From contig NC_068990.1 of NCBI RefSeq assembly GCF_001194135.2, positions 48,953,211-48,988,339 on the forward strand: DNA of 35,129 nucleotides, in the 5' to 3' direction. The position numbers and the translations under genes are program-made. Positions 23,127-34,500 of the stretch are shown one piece after another. Each line of letters opens with the position of its first letter. Position 1 is the first letter of the stretch. Source of the stretch: Octopus bimaculoides (Eukaryota). The notes beneath the pieces were generated by a model. That model was not told where the DNA came from. It worked only from the letters and a program-made list of their open reading frames with translations, and searched no databases.

Positions 23127-23749
23127 CTGTATTGAATAAATATATAAAAATCTTTCATAAAATGAGCAGATCATACATAAGTAAACAGAGGCATTAACCA
23201 CATTAGAGGAAAACTGGTTATGAAATTCCACACTTTCAGAAATTGTAAAATAGGATCATGATGACGATGACCACTAATTTCAAGATACAAGTTTAACTCT
23301 GCTCTTAAAAAAAAATTTGGGTAAACTTTACTATATATTTGGTGTGATATGCATGGCTATTCCTTTCATTATTTTTCTGTCACTTTACTCTGTATATTTT
23401 TGCTGTTTGCAGCCTACAATACACTCTCCTCTCCTCACACCTTGTTTTTCATTGCTCTCAATAGTCTCGCCAACACTTACCTGCTCTTTCCTTTTAACTC
23501 CTACTTTGTTCATGCATGAAACACTTTCAACTGACAAAGCTTCATTCCATATTCTACAGCTTGTATTCTTTGACATCACTCCTCCACCCCTGTTATTTTC
23601 TTATTTCCATTCTTGAATTTGAAGTAATAAGGCTAATACTTTTTGTTGAAGCAGAACAGCATTACTCTTCACAGATTCTGCTGTTTTATTATACGATGGG
23701 AATTTCTTGACTCTAACTAACACAGACATATTCAGCTACAAACATGGAG

Positions 23750-25552
23750 TACAGTGCACTACACTTATTCAAGATGACAAGAAAGAAGCAATCAAGTAGT
23801 GTGAGAAGGAGTTATAAATACATTGAATGTTACACTTGATGTTTTACAAAAGTTTGCTCAGCCTTATTGCAAAAATATTAAGGTTTGCAGTGTCTACAGT
23901 GAGAACAAAACATGACTTAAAACAAAATTAGGCAAAGCACTCATGTAGCTACTCCTCAAACATTGTTTTCACAAAGACCTGATGTGATGAAGAAAAGGTA
24001 ACAGCTCTTGAGTATGTGGATCAATGATCAAATTGGACATAATGTGTTGATAACACAATGGTCACTCAAGCAAAAAGTAAAAGTTTGTGTTACAATTTGC
24101 CAAAAGAGGAAGGTACAACTCCTTATGCAAAACATTTTTAGCTAGTATTTGCACAATATAAAAATGACTAGTGAATCTGCCAGTGTTGATACAGAGGCTG
24201 CTACAAATTATCCTGGAGAACTGCAGAAAATAGTTGCTGATTGAGCCCTAATACACTACAACAAACCATCAATGTTCATGAATTAGCTTTCCTGCAAGCA
24301 CATGTCTACAGTGTTGAAAAATAGCACTGTATTTTAAAGCTTCCAAGAATCATCTGATACTTCTTGTGGGAGGGAGAAAATACTAATGGTGATTTGAAAT
24401 TAAAGTCTCTACTTGTATAACATTCTGAAAATCCAAGGGTTTTCAAGGGCTATACTAAATATAATCTACCTGGGATTCAAATATGAAGGTTTGGATGTCT
24501 ATGAGCCTTTTCAAAGACTGGTTTACAAATATTTATTGCCCTGCTGTACAATATCAGATGTAATATGTTCAACAAAGCATTGCTCTTTATAGAAAATGCA
24601 TCAAACAAGTCAATAAACTTAAATAATATGAGGACGGAACACATTCACAAGAGCTAAGCTTCTTTACTCCAGCCAAATACACTGAGGTGTGATAGCTAAC
24701 TCTAAGGTACTTCAACTGAAAATAACTTTGAAACAACTTATAAAGGCAAATGATGGAAAGAAGAAACTTATAGTAACATAGCTGGGTTATGAGATGAAGT
24801 GGGACCCTCAGCTACAAATGATATTTGGGTAACATTTGATCAGACAATACCTGTGACTTTACTAACGTGGTGAGCTGACAGAAACGTTAGCATGCCAGGC
24901 AAAATTCTTAGTGGTATTTTGTCTGTCTTTACATTCTGAGTTCAAATTTTGCCGAGATTGACTTTGCCTTTCATCCTTTCAAGGTCGATAAATTAAGTAC
25001 AAGTTGCATTCTGGGTTCAATCTAACCGACGGGCGCCCTCCCCAACAATTTCGGACCTTGTGCCTAGAGTAGAAAAGAATATCTGTGACTTTACTGGTTT
25101 TCTACCAGCAAAAAGTCTACATGAAGTTTACTAAGATATTGTGACACTGGCCTATGATGTAGGGTTTGAAGAAATCAAAGATGATGTTGAGTTGCTACAA
25201 GTCCCTTTGAAGAAGTTTGTCTAAAGAGAACTTGATACTGTTAAAATTGCAGGGCAAGAAGATATAGCAGCTCTGTCCACTATGCTTCAGTTGACTGGAA
25301 AGATGTGGCTAAGGGAATGATATCCTAATCATGACAGTAACCATAAATAATACAAGAGAAGTTCATTAAGAGTTATAAAAGAGATGGTATGTCATAAGCG
25401 TCAAACAACTTTGGATAAGTTCTTCAGCCCTGCAAGATGCTGAAGGTAACGATCCCCTTCTTCCCAGTAGCTGCTATTGCACTACCTCCTATCATTACAT
25501 AGGAAGCAACATCATTTGTGGCAAGTACATACTCTGCCATGATATAACTGTA
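23750..25552 (+). mobile_element. Tigger/pogo-family DNA transposon relic (DDE_1 transposase pseudogene)
   Basis: Cross-frame motifs ESASVDTEAATNYPGELQKIV, FKASKNHLILLVGG (from 24333), NGDLKLKSLLV*HSENPRVFKGY, WMSMSLFKDWF, KALLFIENA, CDFTGF..DIVTLAYDVGFEEI and QTTLDKFF. The ends (tacagt 23750; actgta 25547-25552) are only weakly supported. Confidence 0.82.
24867..25080 (+). mobile_element. tRNA-type SINE (family A), full length, inserted in the Tigger relic
   Basis: A-box-like gctgacagaaacgttag, B-box-like gagttcaaat, central gactttgcctttcatcc...gtcgataaattaagtac, tail gtgcctagagtagaaaagaat. 13-bp TSD ctgtgactttact at 24851-24863 and 25083-25095. Confidence 0.9.
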
Positions 25553-25817
25553 TTCTTATTTATTTCCTAACATATTTCTCTTGAAATGTTTTTATTGTGT
25601 ACATACTGCATTGTCTATGCTCAAAAGTTATTATCATGCATAAATGTGGTTGTATTCTTTTTTCTGGAAAAAAAAAAAAGAGAAAGAAAAGAAGAAGAAA
25701 GGAAGAAAAAAAACAAAACAAAGAAGCTATAGGAATGCATTTCAATTTTCAGGAATGCATTGATGTTTTAATGCAAGTGATGGGTGTAATACATAGACAT
25801 AATTTGATGCTAAATTA

Positions 25818-26100
25818 AGGGCAATGGATGGTAGAATTGTTAGAACAGTGAACAAAAATGCCTTGTGGAGTAATGTTTATACACATATTGACTGATATGT
25901 GTTGTTAACTTCTGCTTAGGCAACCAGGGACATAAAGAAGATCTCTACCTTCGTGTTAGGCCCTTTAAGTTTTAAATGCATCTTATTTCAATTACCATAT
26001 CAGCATTCTGAGTTCAAATCCTTGCTGAGGTTGATTTAACTAACTGTTCCCCTTCCCTACCTAAGTTGTGACATTGTACTTATGTCAGAAATAATTATTA
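25818..26100 (+). mobile_element. SINE family A, split by an unrelated insert of about 130 bp
   Basis: Head ggtagaattgttagaac..aaatgcctt, resuming at cattctgagttcaaatcc..gaggttgatt and ending ttgtacttatgtcagaaataattattat. Confidence 0.5.
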
Positions 26101-26399
26101 TCTAAACAAGGCATGTTTAACTAGACACTCAATTAGATAGACCTATTTTATTCTCACTATTAGAGGCTTTTATGAATTATTTCAAAGTTCTTCTCAGATA
26201 ACAGCTCTTGAAGTTAGCAATGCCACATTGATCCATAGACTAGAGCAAAGAAGTTGTGTCCTCAGGAATTTGAGAATTTTGATTAATGAGTGACATGACT
26301 CATTATTGTTGATGTAGTATATAGCAATAAACATTCAAACATTGTCACTATCTTTCCAAACTTTACTGCATTTCACATGGAAATTTTGGTCCACCAAAG

Positions 26400-26482
26400 T
26401 TGTCTGGTGTATAAGTTGACCATTCTTTTTTAATTGCAAATTTTGGTCCAAAAAATGTGACTTGTATACCAAAAAATACAGC
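26400..26482. mobile_element. Possible degenerate pogo-type MITE remnant
   Basis: tggtgtataagttgac (26405-26420) imperfectly inverted with gtgacttgtatacca-aaaaatacag (26457-26481). Confidence 0.25.
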
Positions 26483-27039
26483 AATTGAAATAAGACACAT
26501 TTAAAACTTAAAGGGCTTAACTTAAAGGTAGCAGTCTACCTTATTTCCCAGTCAACTTGTGTATAAACATTAACTGCTCAGAAGTCCAATCACTGCTACA
26601 GAATTTGATATTGTACTGGTAGTGGTGGTGAGGAGGCTAAACTCAGAAATGGAGTCACTTCTACCTACAAACAACAGCCCACCGTCACTAAAACCTATTT
26701 ATAAGAATGATTTGTATTTATTTCAAGCAAGTAGGTACAAGATATTCAGTCCATTAAGAAATGATCAACATCACAGAGAAGTGTGTGTATGTGCGCACGC
26801 ACACACACACACACTGAATGATGCCAAGATAGATTCTGTCTAGACATACTGTAAACAAAAACGGGATATTTCATTAAGATGTTTATGCCTTGCCTGTACA
26901 GCAGAAATATCTAGCTAGTATTGGGCAAAGGTTACAGTTAGAGGTTTTAGACATTGCTACTGCTGCTACTGTTATGGTGCTAATACTACACTGAGTTTGG
27001 TTATTAATAGTAACAGTTGCAGTGTTGGCGATGATGAGA

Positions 27040-27290
27040 AGAAGGGGGAGACAATAAGAAACAGAGAAGAGAGAGTTGAGAGAGAAAAGTGAAAGAGAAA
27101 AGAGAAAGTGGGATGGTAAGAGAGGTAGAGAGTGAGAGGGATAACAATTTAGAAAAAGACTGGAAAGATTGAGAATGGAGAGAATCTGAGAGATAGGAAC
27201 AGGAAAGTAAAAAGAAGAGAAACAGAGAAAAAAGAGGAACAAAATTAGGAAGAGAATGGAATAATAAGAAAGGTGGGAGAAAGATGAACC
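27040..27290. repeat. Purine-rich (GA) low-complexity tract
   Basis: Nearly all A/G on the plus strand, so pyrimidine-rich in the Ras pre-mRNA sense. Confidence 0.75.
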
Positions 27291-27449
27291 CATACATTTT
27301 TTGGATTTTTTTTAGCCAGGAAGGATGATCATGCCTATGATCCTTTTTAATAGGAACTTTGAGACTGGCAGGAGGAAGGTATCTTCAAACCAGAAACCTA
27401 GTCTGATTGCTTGCAACAGAGTGAAATCTGCTAAAGCATACAAAAACCA

Positions 27450-27710
27450 GATAGTGGTATTAAATAGGATGTTGTATTTAGTTTATCACCCAAGTAGGCC
27501 ATGGTGGAATTTTAACTCAGAAAGCAAAGACCTGAAACAAATACTGTAAGGCAACTGGTTTGAGGTTCTTACAGTTTCACCCATCCAATGAAAGGATAAA
27601 AGGCAAAGTTGACCTTGGTAGGATCTGAGTTAGGAGTACAGAGAGTTGAAACAAATGCTGCAGGATAGTCTATCTGATGCTCTAATGGCTCTGGCTCTAC
27701 CAATTCACTG
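27450..27710 (-). mobile_element. SINE family A fragments (two partial heads)
   Basis: Two tandem occurrences of gg..atttaactcag/gatctgagttagg..aaatactg/aaatgctg and ggataaaaggcaaagttgacc. Confidence 0.55.
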
Positions 27711-28374
27711 TCCTCATTTAGTCTAAGTCATGCCCACATACAAAAATGAACATAAAATGAATGAAGATGAGCAGTGTTGAGCAGTGCCATAACTCTACCA
27801 GATCACCCAAGATTGATTTCAAAGTTCAAATTTAACATTTGAATGTTAATATTTGCAGAGAAAGCATGGACAGAGAGTTAATCTGGATAATACCTTTGAT
27901 CGCAATACAAGATGTTTTAAAAAAAAGTCATTGCTCAAAAGAGAATCCATTTCTTGTTGCATGTCCCTATTTAAGAAAATCTTGATGTTGCTGTGACATG
28001 CATGTATTACTAGAGTAAATATTTTCACTGATGTCCCTTCCAGTCACTTACTATTCAGTTATGTTAACAAAGTAGCTGAATCAACCAGTCTATCAAATGT
28101 TATACACTGCTGTCACAATGTGCTTCCTTGCATTATTGTAGCTTTTGAATGATGCCATCTTGTTGACTAGATAGAAAGGCCAACATTTCCCTAAATAGAA
28201 TGCCAGTCTGTTGAAGAGTTACCCATTTACTGCTGAGTAACTGTAGTAGTATATTGTAATATTGAAGTTGGCAGACAGAAGTTAGTAGAAAAATATATTG
28301 TGCTGAAGAAAAAATGGCTGGGACAAGTTTTAAACTTCTGATTGGCCAGAATCACAGTAGATTAAACTCAAAAC

Positions 28375-28530
28375 CATGAATGCAAGCATGACTAAGTGGT
28401 TGAGAAGTCTACTTAACAACCATGCATTTCCAAATTCAATTCTACTGCCTGGCACTCTGAGTAAGTATCTTCTACTACAGTCTCAGGTTAACTAGAGTGG
28501 AATGTGGTAGACAAAAACCATAGAAACCCA
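28375..28530 (+). mobile_element. SINE family B head, partial
   Basis: gactaagtggttgagaagt..caaccatgc..aaattcaattctactgc..gagtaagtatcttctacta..gagtggaatgtggtagac. Confidence 0.55.
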
Positions 28531-28539
28531 TCATAAAGA

Positions 28540-28650
28540 CTGATACTTTATTTTTGATCCCAGAAAGGTGAAAAGCAAAGATGACCTCAATGGGATCTGA
28601 ACTCAAAACGTAAGGGGGGATAAATACTGCAAGGTATTTCATCCGACACT
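28540..28650 (-). mobile_element. SINE family A, partial
   Basis: tactttatttttgatccc..gaaaagcaaagatgacctc..gatctgaactcaaaacgtaag..aaatactgcaaggtatttc. Confidence 0.65.
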
Positions 28651-29199
28651 TTCATTGCTGTCAATTTGTACTATTACTAAGTTTTCATTACATCAGATAG
28701 ACAGATTTGCATTCACAACACATATTTGGATAGTTTGATTAATATATTACTGGTTTGTTAAGAGTATTTTGTGTCATTGTTATTCAATATGAGAGAATAT
28801 ATCAATAGATTTTAGCAACATTGTCTGTAATAGACAAATGTGAAAACCATATCATTTTATATAATATTTTTGTGGGTAGAAAAATAGAAATTAACTGAAC
28901 TAGTTACAATCCAATAATGGAAGTACTTGATTGCTGATGAAATCATAAAACAGGATTGAAACTAGTCTAGCTGATAGCTCTTTCCCTGTCTGCAGATATA
29001 TTATATATAAAGACATGTTTACATCTGTCTGTTACGTACACCGTTAGTTATTATATATGACCTCACCATTTCTTTCTTTTTTTCTAGCTGGGAAGCCACA
29101 TATCTTCTCTTCAGCAAGACACCTGTTCCTGTCCTCCTATCATACTTACACATCCTTCAATATTATATCCCACTTAGCTGAAGGATCTTGTCTTTCTTG

Positions 29200-29419
29200 T
29201 GTGAGCACTTGGCAACCTTTGGGCTGGTGCCACACCAAAAAAAAAACAACATATCCAGTACACTCTGTAAAGTGGTTGGTGTTAAGAAGGACATCCAACT
29301 GTAGAAATCATATAAAAGCAGATCTTGAAATTAGACACAACCCTCTGGCTTGTCATTTCCTGTCAAACCATCCAACCCACTAACCCATGCCAGTACAGAA
29401 AATGGAATCTCAAATGATG
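29200..29419 (+). mobile_element. RTE-type 3' tail element
   Basis: cagtacactctgtaaagtggttggtgttaagaaggacatccaactgtagaaa..tccaacc..acccatgccag..aaatgatg, the sense version of the tail seen at 18831-19000. Confidence 0.7.
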
Positions 29420-29526
29420 NNNNNNNNNNNNNNNNNNNNNNNNNNNNNNNNNNNNNNNNNNNNNNNNNNNNNNNNNNNNNNNNNNNNNNNNNNNNNNNNN
29501 NNNNNNNNNNNNNNNNNNNNNNNNNN

Positions 29527-29554
<28 letters not shown>

Positions 29555-29557
<3 letters not shown>

Positions 29558-29830
29558 CTGATGGCATTTCACACCTGCTTTCCAAGCTGGCATGGGTTGG
29601 ACAGGTCATTGTCGCACTCCTAGATGGATTCGAGGACCAGATCTCACTCATGAGCTTTATTTTGCCTTGGTTTCTATGGTTTGATCATATCAACCACTCT
29701 ACAGGGTGTACAAGGTCCATTTTGGCATGGTACCAGCACTAGGGAGGTTGTCAAGTCTTTGACATGACTGAAAAGATCTCTTGATTCTACACTTAACAGA
29801 GTGCACTAGGTGCATTTTACTGTGGCACCA
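29555..29830 (-). mobile_element. RTE-type 3' tail element, inverted relative to the 29200 copy
   Basis: ctgctttccaagctggcatgggttggac..tttctatggtttgat..aaccactctacag..ggtgcattttactgtggcaccag. Confidence 0.6.
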
Positions 29831-30459
29831 GTACTAGAGAGAATAAGGGTTGAAAGCATGATGGATAACAAGATATAGATAAATGAAGGCTGTCAATACC
29901 AAACAACCAGGAGTGGAGTGTAGGTAGAGTATATGGGGTATAAACATATCTGGTGAGATCCCCTAAGCATATACTATGAGAAGGTGAAGGTGATAAGGAT
30001 GAAGGAAAAAGGGATAAAAACCAAAGCAAGGGAGTATTTTGTTGGTGACAGATACAGTGGTATTCTTAATTACTACACTAAAGGAATTGTACAGTGAACA
30101 GAAGAGATCCACTGCCATCTTCGTGACACTGGCAATATAGTACAATGAGAATGATAAGAAGGGAAAGTGATTTGAGAGATAAGCAACATGGGGAAGTGAT
30201 TGAGAGATGAACAATAATGGGCATTTGTGCAAGAGGCATAAGCAATAGAGAGACACAGGTAACAGTGGTATGGGTGATAGACAAACGAGTGATAAAGGGA
30301 TGTATGATATGGGGGAATGTACCTTAGAGTAAGTGATGGGAAGCAGAAGTGGTAGAGTGTTAAAGGAATGAGAGGCCATCAAAGACTTCACAGTATGCAG
30401 ATAAACATAGATATATCTACACATACATAAATGTTTATACATGTGTAGCAAACTCATAA

Positions 30460-30790
30460 GAGGCGGAGAGAGAACGTAAGTTCGTTTGCCCGAACATGAG
30501 AAATTATTGATTTCTCATTGGTTAAAAATTACTGCCCATAGACGAATTCTGAACTTCATTGAAGAAATCTTTCACGGGGTTATGGTTCTATGATTCGTGT
30601 ATGAGTAGTTATAAAAACCCTGATTTTCGGCAAAATCTCCACTGATCGTTGGATGTTACTCAAGTCCACGATACTCACCCTTTTGAGTATAGGCTAATAT
30701 ATATGCCATGTTCAATACTCAAATCCGACAATATTGAATTGTCGTGAAACCTTATTAGTTAGAATGAGAAACTAGTTAATAATAAATTTA
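30460..30790. repeat. Unclassified CpG-rich element with multiple short hairpins
   Basis: CpG-retaining segment with stems at 30480-84/30491-95, 30496-504/30510-18, 30671-77/30684-90 and 30726-32/30738-44. Confidence 0.3.
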
Positions 30791-31827
30791 AGTCGTAAAT
30801 TCTCTACGATGAAATGCTTTGTTTCTAAATTTCTATAAATGTAAAAATATGTATATAATAAATTAATGTAGAAACTTAATTCCTTTTATTTCTCGTTTCT
30901 TTCAACTTGTTGAATTTATTTCTGTATATTAATGAAACTGTATTTTTTTTATGTGTAACGGTCAAGAAAATATAATCTAAATCTTCAACATACATGCATG
31001 TAATGAACGCACATTCAGCGTCTTGTCATGTATACATCATAACATTTACGCAGCCTAAACTAAACTAAGATTTATGCTTAGTGATAAATACTTATAATTA
31101 AGTTATAAGTAACGAGATTATCATTATAGCTTTTAATTAAATAAACAATAATATTTGTTATAGCTTACGAATGAAAACATTGTAATAAAGATATAGTATA
31201 TCTCACACTTCAACGACCTGTTGTGATAACAAACAACCAACATAAAAAAAACTGGTGTCCGACCTGTTATACACATAAAACATGTACCAACTGTACATGC
31301 ATATATGTAAACAATGTGTTTTGTCATACCCTGAGAGCCAAAACAATCTCCTCCTGAACAGCATGTCAACAATCCATTTGGTCCTTTGTAACCTCCTTAA
31401 AACTTCAAGTCTGTCTTCACTATATGTGTGTGTGTGCGTGCGTGTGTGTGTGTGTGCATATTTTTTACCAATGTACATCAGTAAAGAACAGATGCTCTTT
31501 GTGCAAAGTCTTTCATGATATTCGTAGTGCAACAAGGCAAAGACACTCCACTGCCACTTTTGCTACCAGAAATGCAGTAAAACTGTAACTGGTCCATTGG
31601 AAACTTGTAACCAATGACTATTGTTCACTAATTTTCAAAGTGCCTATCGAATAGCATTCTTGATGTAGTACCCTACCTTGCAAGGAAAGCAAATTACTCA
31701 ACCAAACTTGCCTGAAGTATAGTCCTTCTTCAAAGCCAAGTTCTCCTTAGAAATTTCAAATCTCATATGCCACTTCAATGTATATTAAACTTCTACTGGG
31801 GCAGCCACAACAACAATGAATTACAAT

Positions 31828-32190
31828 CATCACATCATTTTAATGTCCACTTTTCTATGCTAGCATGGTTCAGATGGAATTCATTGAAACAGATGCCCTT
31901 CCTGTTGTTATCCCTCACATGTTTCCAAGCAAGGTAATATTTCCCCATGGCCAGACATAATTTCATGGAAGATTGGAAATGAACAATATGACTTGTATGA
32001 TGGTGACACTTGTTTACAATATCATACAATGTCAAGATGAAGAGACATAAATACACAATGAGTTTCTTTTAGTTTCTGTCAACTAAATCCACTCACATGC
32101 CATTGGTTGGCCAGGACTATTGTATAAGATATTTGACAAAGGTACCACACTGAACTTGAAACCATGTGGTTGGGAGCAAACTTCTTGACA
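31828..32190 (-). mobile_element. SINE family B: tRNA-like head with an RTE-type 3' tail
   Basis: Head (revcomp) aagaagtttgctcccaaccacatggtttcaagttcag. Tail catcattttaatgtccacttttctatgctagcatgg matches the RTE tail at 18849-18885. Confidence 0.65.
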
Positions 32191-32456
32191 GATATAAGAT
32201 TATTAGTAAAGATATTCTAGGTTGGTGATTGGTGAATCAGAAAGAAAATCTTGCTATGGTAAAACTGACCTCTGATCTTTTTAGAGTATTAAAATAAATA
32301 TGAGTCATTTCACTGATATCAAGTTTAGAGCAGAATATTTCAGATAGCAACTGATAAAAGAGGAACTTTTGGGCACTTTACTTCACTTAATTCCTTTGAT
32401 TTACAAGTTTTCTAATGAATCAATATAAAGATAGTAATAGTGGTTTTAAGACTTAC

Positions 32457-32565
32457 CGATCGGTTATCTTCTAAATCTGCCTTATTTGCAACTAAAATCA
32501 TGGGGAACTCATCTCGATCTTTTACTCTTAAGATCTGTTTTTGAAATTTATATATTTCCTCAAAA
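32457..32565 (-). CDS. RRAS2: R-Ras2/TC21-like small GTPase, internal coding exon (G4 motif)
   Basis: 109-nt exon between tcttattgcAG and GTaagt. Reads T+[36 protein letters not shown], containing the NKxD G4 box and the R-Ras-subfamily [12 protein letters not shown] segment. Not in the ORF track. The symbol is by similarity to R-Ras2/Ras64B as I recall those sequences. Confidence 0.93.
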
Positions 32566-34079
32566 CTGCAATAAGAAAGAGATTCAATTATTACAATTTA
32601 TGGAAAATATAATGATATTGGACTAAAACAAATCCAGAGACCGGGATGTAAGCACAAACACACATCTTAAGATACAGTGAATTTTAAACAAAATATGTTT
32701 CTGCTTCAACTATCCTGCTTTTTTATTAAGACTACTAAAAATTAAAAATAAACAAAAAATAAAAATTTCTGGCCAGAAGATGAGGTCAATACTCATCTAT
32801 TTTCTACCACTTGAAAAAAAAAATAGTAGTAAAGTGTTAAACTTTTTTAAACCCTTTTGACACTAATCCACTTGACACTGTTCAAGCTCTATGACACAAA
32901 CTGATCAAAATGAAAACTTTCCTTGGATATTCAATGTTTATTCCAAATACCAGATTAATAACAACAAAGTTTTTTTTTTTACTAAATTCTTCAATATTTT
33001 CAAAATTAATTGAAATAAAGGCAGTGAATTTCAACAGAAACATGGTAATGAAAGTGTTTTGAATGATAATGAGCTTATTGTATACAGTGTTCAGGTGCAC
33101 TACAATATTTTTGATACAAACTTATTTTATGTACCAGATTTATTTGCATTCGTGTTAACAAACAAAAGAAAACCTATTGTTTACATTCATCGACTAATAT
33201 TTTGTCTCAAGATAAAATACATTAAACAATGTATAGTTAACATATTTTGTGAACACAGATGCATCAGAGAGATTATATGTATTATACAATGTTGTACAAG
33301 CCTTAAAACTCAATAGATATACAGTCTACAGCCTTCCATGTGTTACTTCTATCAAAACCTCATGGGCTTAGGTACAAGATCTTTAATGTAAGCACTGAAC
33401 TTGGACACATCCCCAGAATGAGGCCATCCAATCTATTTTCAACTGTCTTGTGTCTGCAGATATTTAAATAAGTTTACAACAGTGGATTCAAGTCTCAGAC
33501 ATCTCTTAAAACAGTTCAACATTATCCTGGTGGCATACCAAAAAACTAATTCTAGATGAAAATGACAAGCAAGTTTTATCTACACCCCTTGTTTACTATG
33601 CATGCATGCATGTATATTAATAATAGAATAAAACAATTATTTATAACAATCCAATCACAAAACATAAATCAGGTTAGTTGCCATATCATTGTGGCTTTGA
33701 ATTCCTTTTGAGATTCTGTGTATCCAACATGATAATGTGTACTTTTCATGATGTTACTATGAAGACTAGCAGCAGTAATAGTCGCAAAAATAATTTATGA
33801 TACTGACTTGTTAGAAACAGTACTACAGGGGATCAGATGATCAAACAGCAGCTCTATGGTACATGGGAAGGCATGTGATGGTGGTCTATTGATAACCTTA
33901 TCATGATCAGTCGACATGCATAGGAAAGGATATCTAAAAGCTAACTACCCGTCTTCATCTTCAAGTTTAATCCAAGTTGTTTTTTCTGTCAGCATGGATC
34001 AGATAATGTGCAAGAAATTTCACTCTATTGTGCTTTTAATGAAGCATTTGTCCAACCTCATGAAAAAAGTTTATGGCTA

Positions 34080-34500
34080 TACTTGTCAACCAAGTAATTC
34101 TTCAACTGGAAATAACTTGTATGCACAGTATGCGCTAAGATGCCAAACTTGCCAATTGACTGATTGTAACCCTTTAATGCATATTTGTTTCCACAGCTCT
34201 TTTTGCCTCACTATTAGATTTTGGACTATAGTTAGGACTTTCAATTTTCTTGATTGAATTATGGTCCATTTGTCTAATATCACTGTCATAGGAATTCCAA
34301 ATCTAGAAAAATGGTTAACACATTTCCTTCCATTTCTGAGTTCCTTCTGGTCATAAAAGACTTTCAATATAAGCAGTGGATGAGTCAGCTATGATTAATA
34401 GACTCCCAACATTTTGTATCTTCTGTCTATATGTATTCTTTCCCAGAGCCATATGGGTTAAACTTTACTAAACTTTCCTTGATGAGAGTCCTTATTAGCA
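34080..34500 (-). mobile_element. Gypsy/Ty3-type integrase relic (frameshifted)
   Basis: Ordered motifs across frames: SHQG (about 34480), WERIHID (34445-34425), LLIIAD (34401-34384), SRFGIPMTVILD (from 34307), SPNYSPKSNSEAKRAVET (34239-34186) and FPVEELLG. These parallel the retroviral-type integrase core WERVHID..YLIVVD..FSRFGIP..VSD..PYHPQSNGxAERxV..SPAELLxG. Confidence 0.75.

Larger units (their letters stand above)
23127..32456 (-). other. Ras gene intron (9330 nt, phase 0)
   Basis: GT-AG intron between the two internal exons; filled with Tigger, SINE and RTE-tail relics. Confidence 0.85.

Noticed and set aside
23127-23231. N-terminal part of ORF 23004..23231 (MEFHNQF...YSIQ)
   Set aside because: Intronic read-through upstream of the AG acceptor at 23128-23127; only 23126-23008 is Ras-like.
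26883-27297. 136-aa and 97-aa Leu/Ser/Phe-rich ORFs resembling membrane proteins
   Set aside because: Produced by the GA-rich low-complexity tract.
29830-30420. Purine-rich stretch as the 5' part of a non-autonomous RTE derivative, resembling 3900-4240
   Set aside because: Only compositional similarity; I could not align the two segments.
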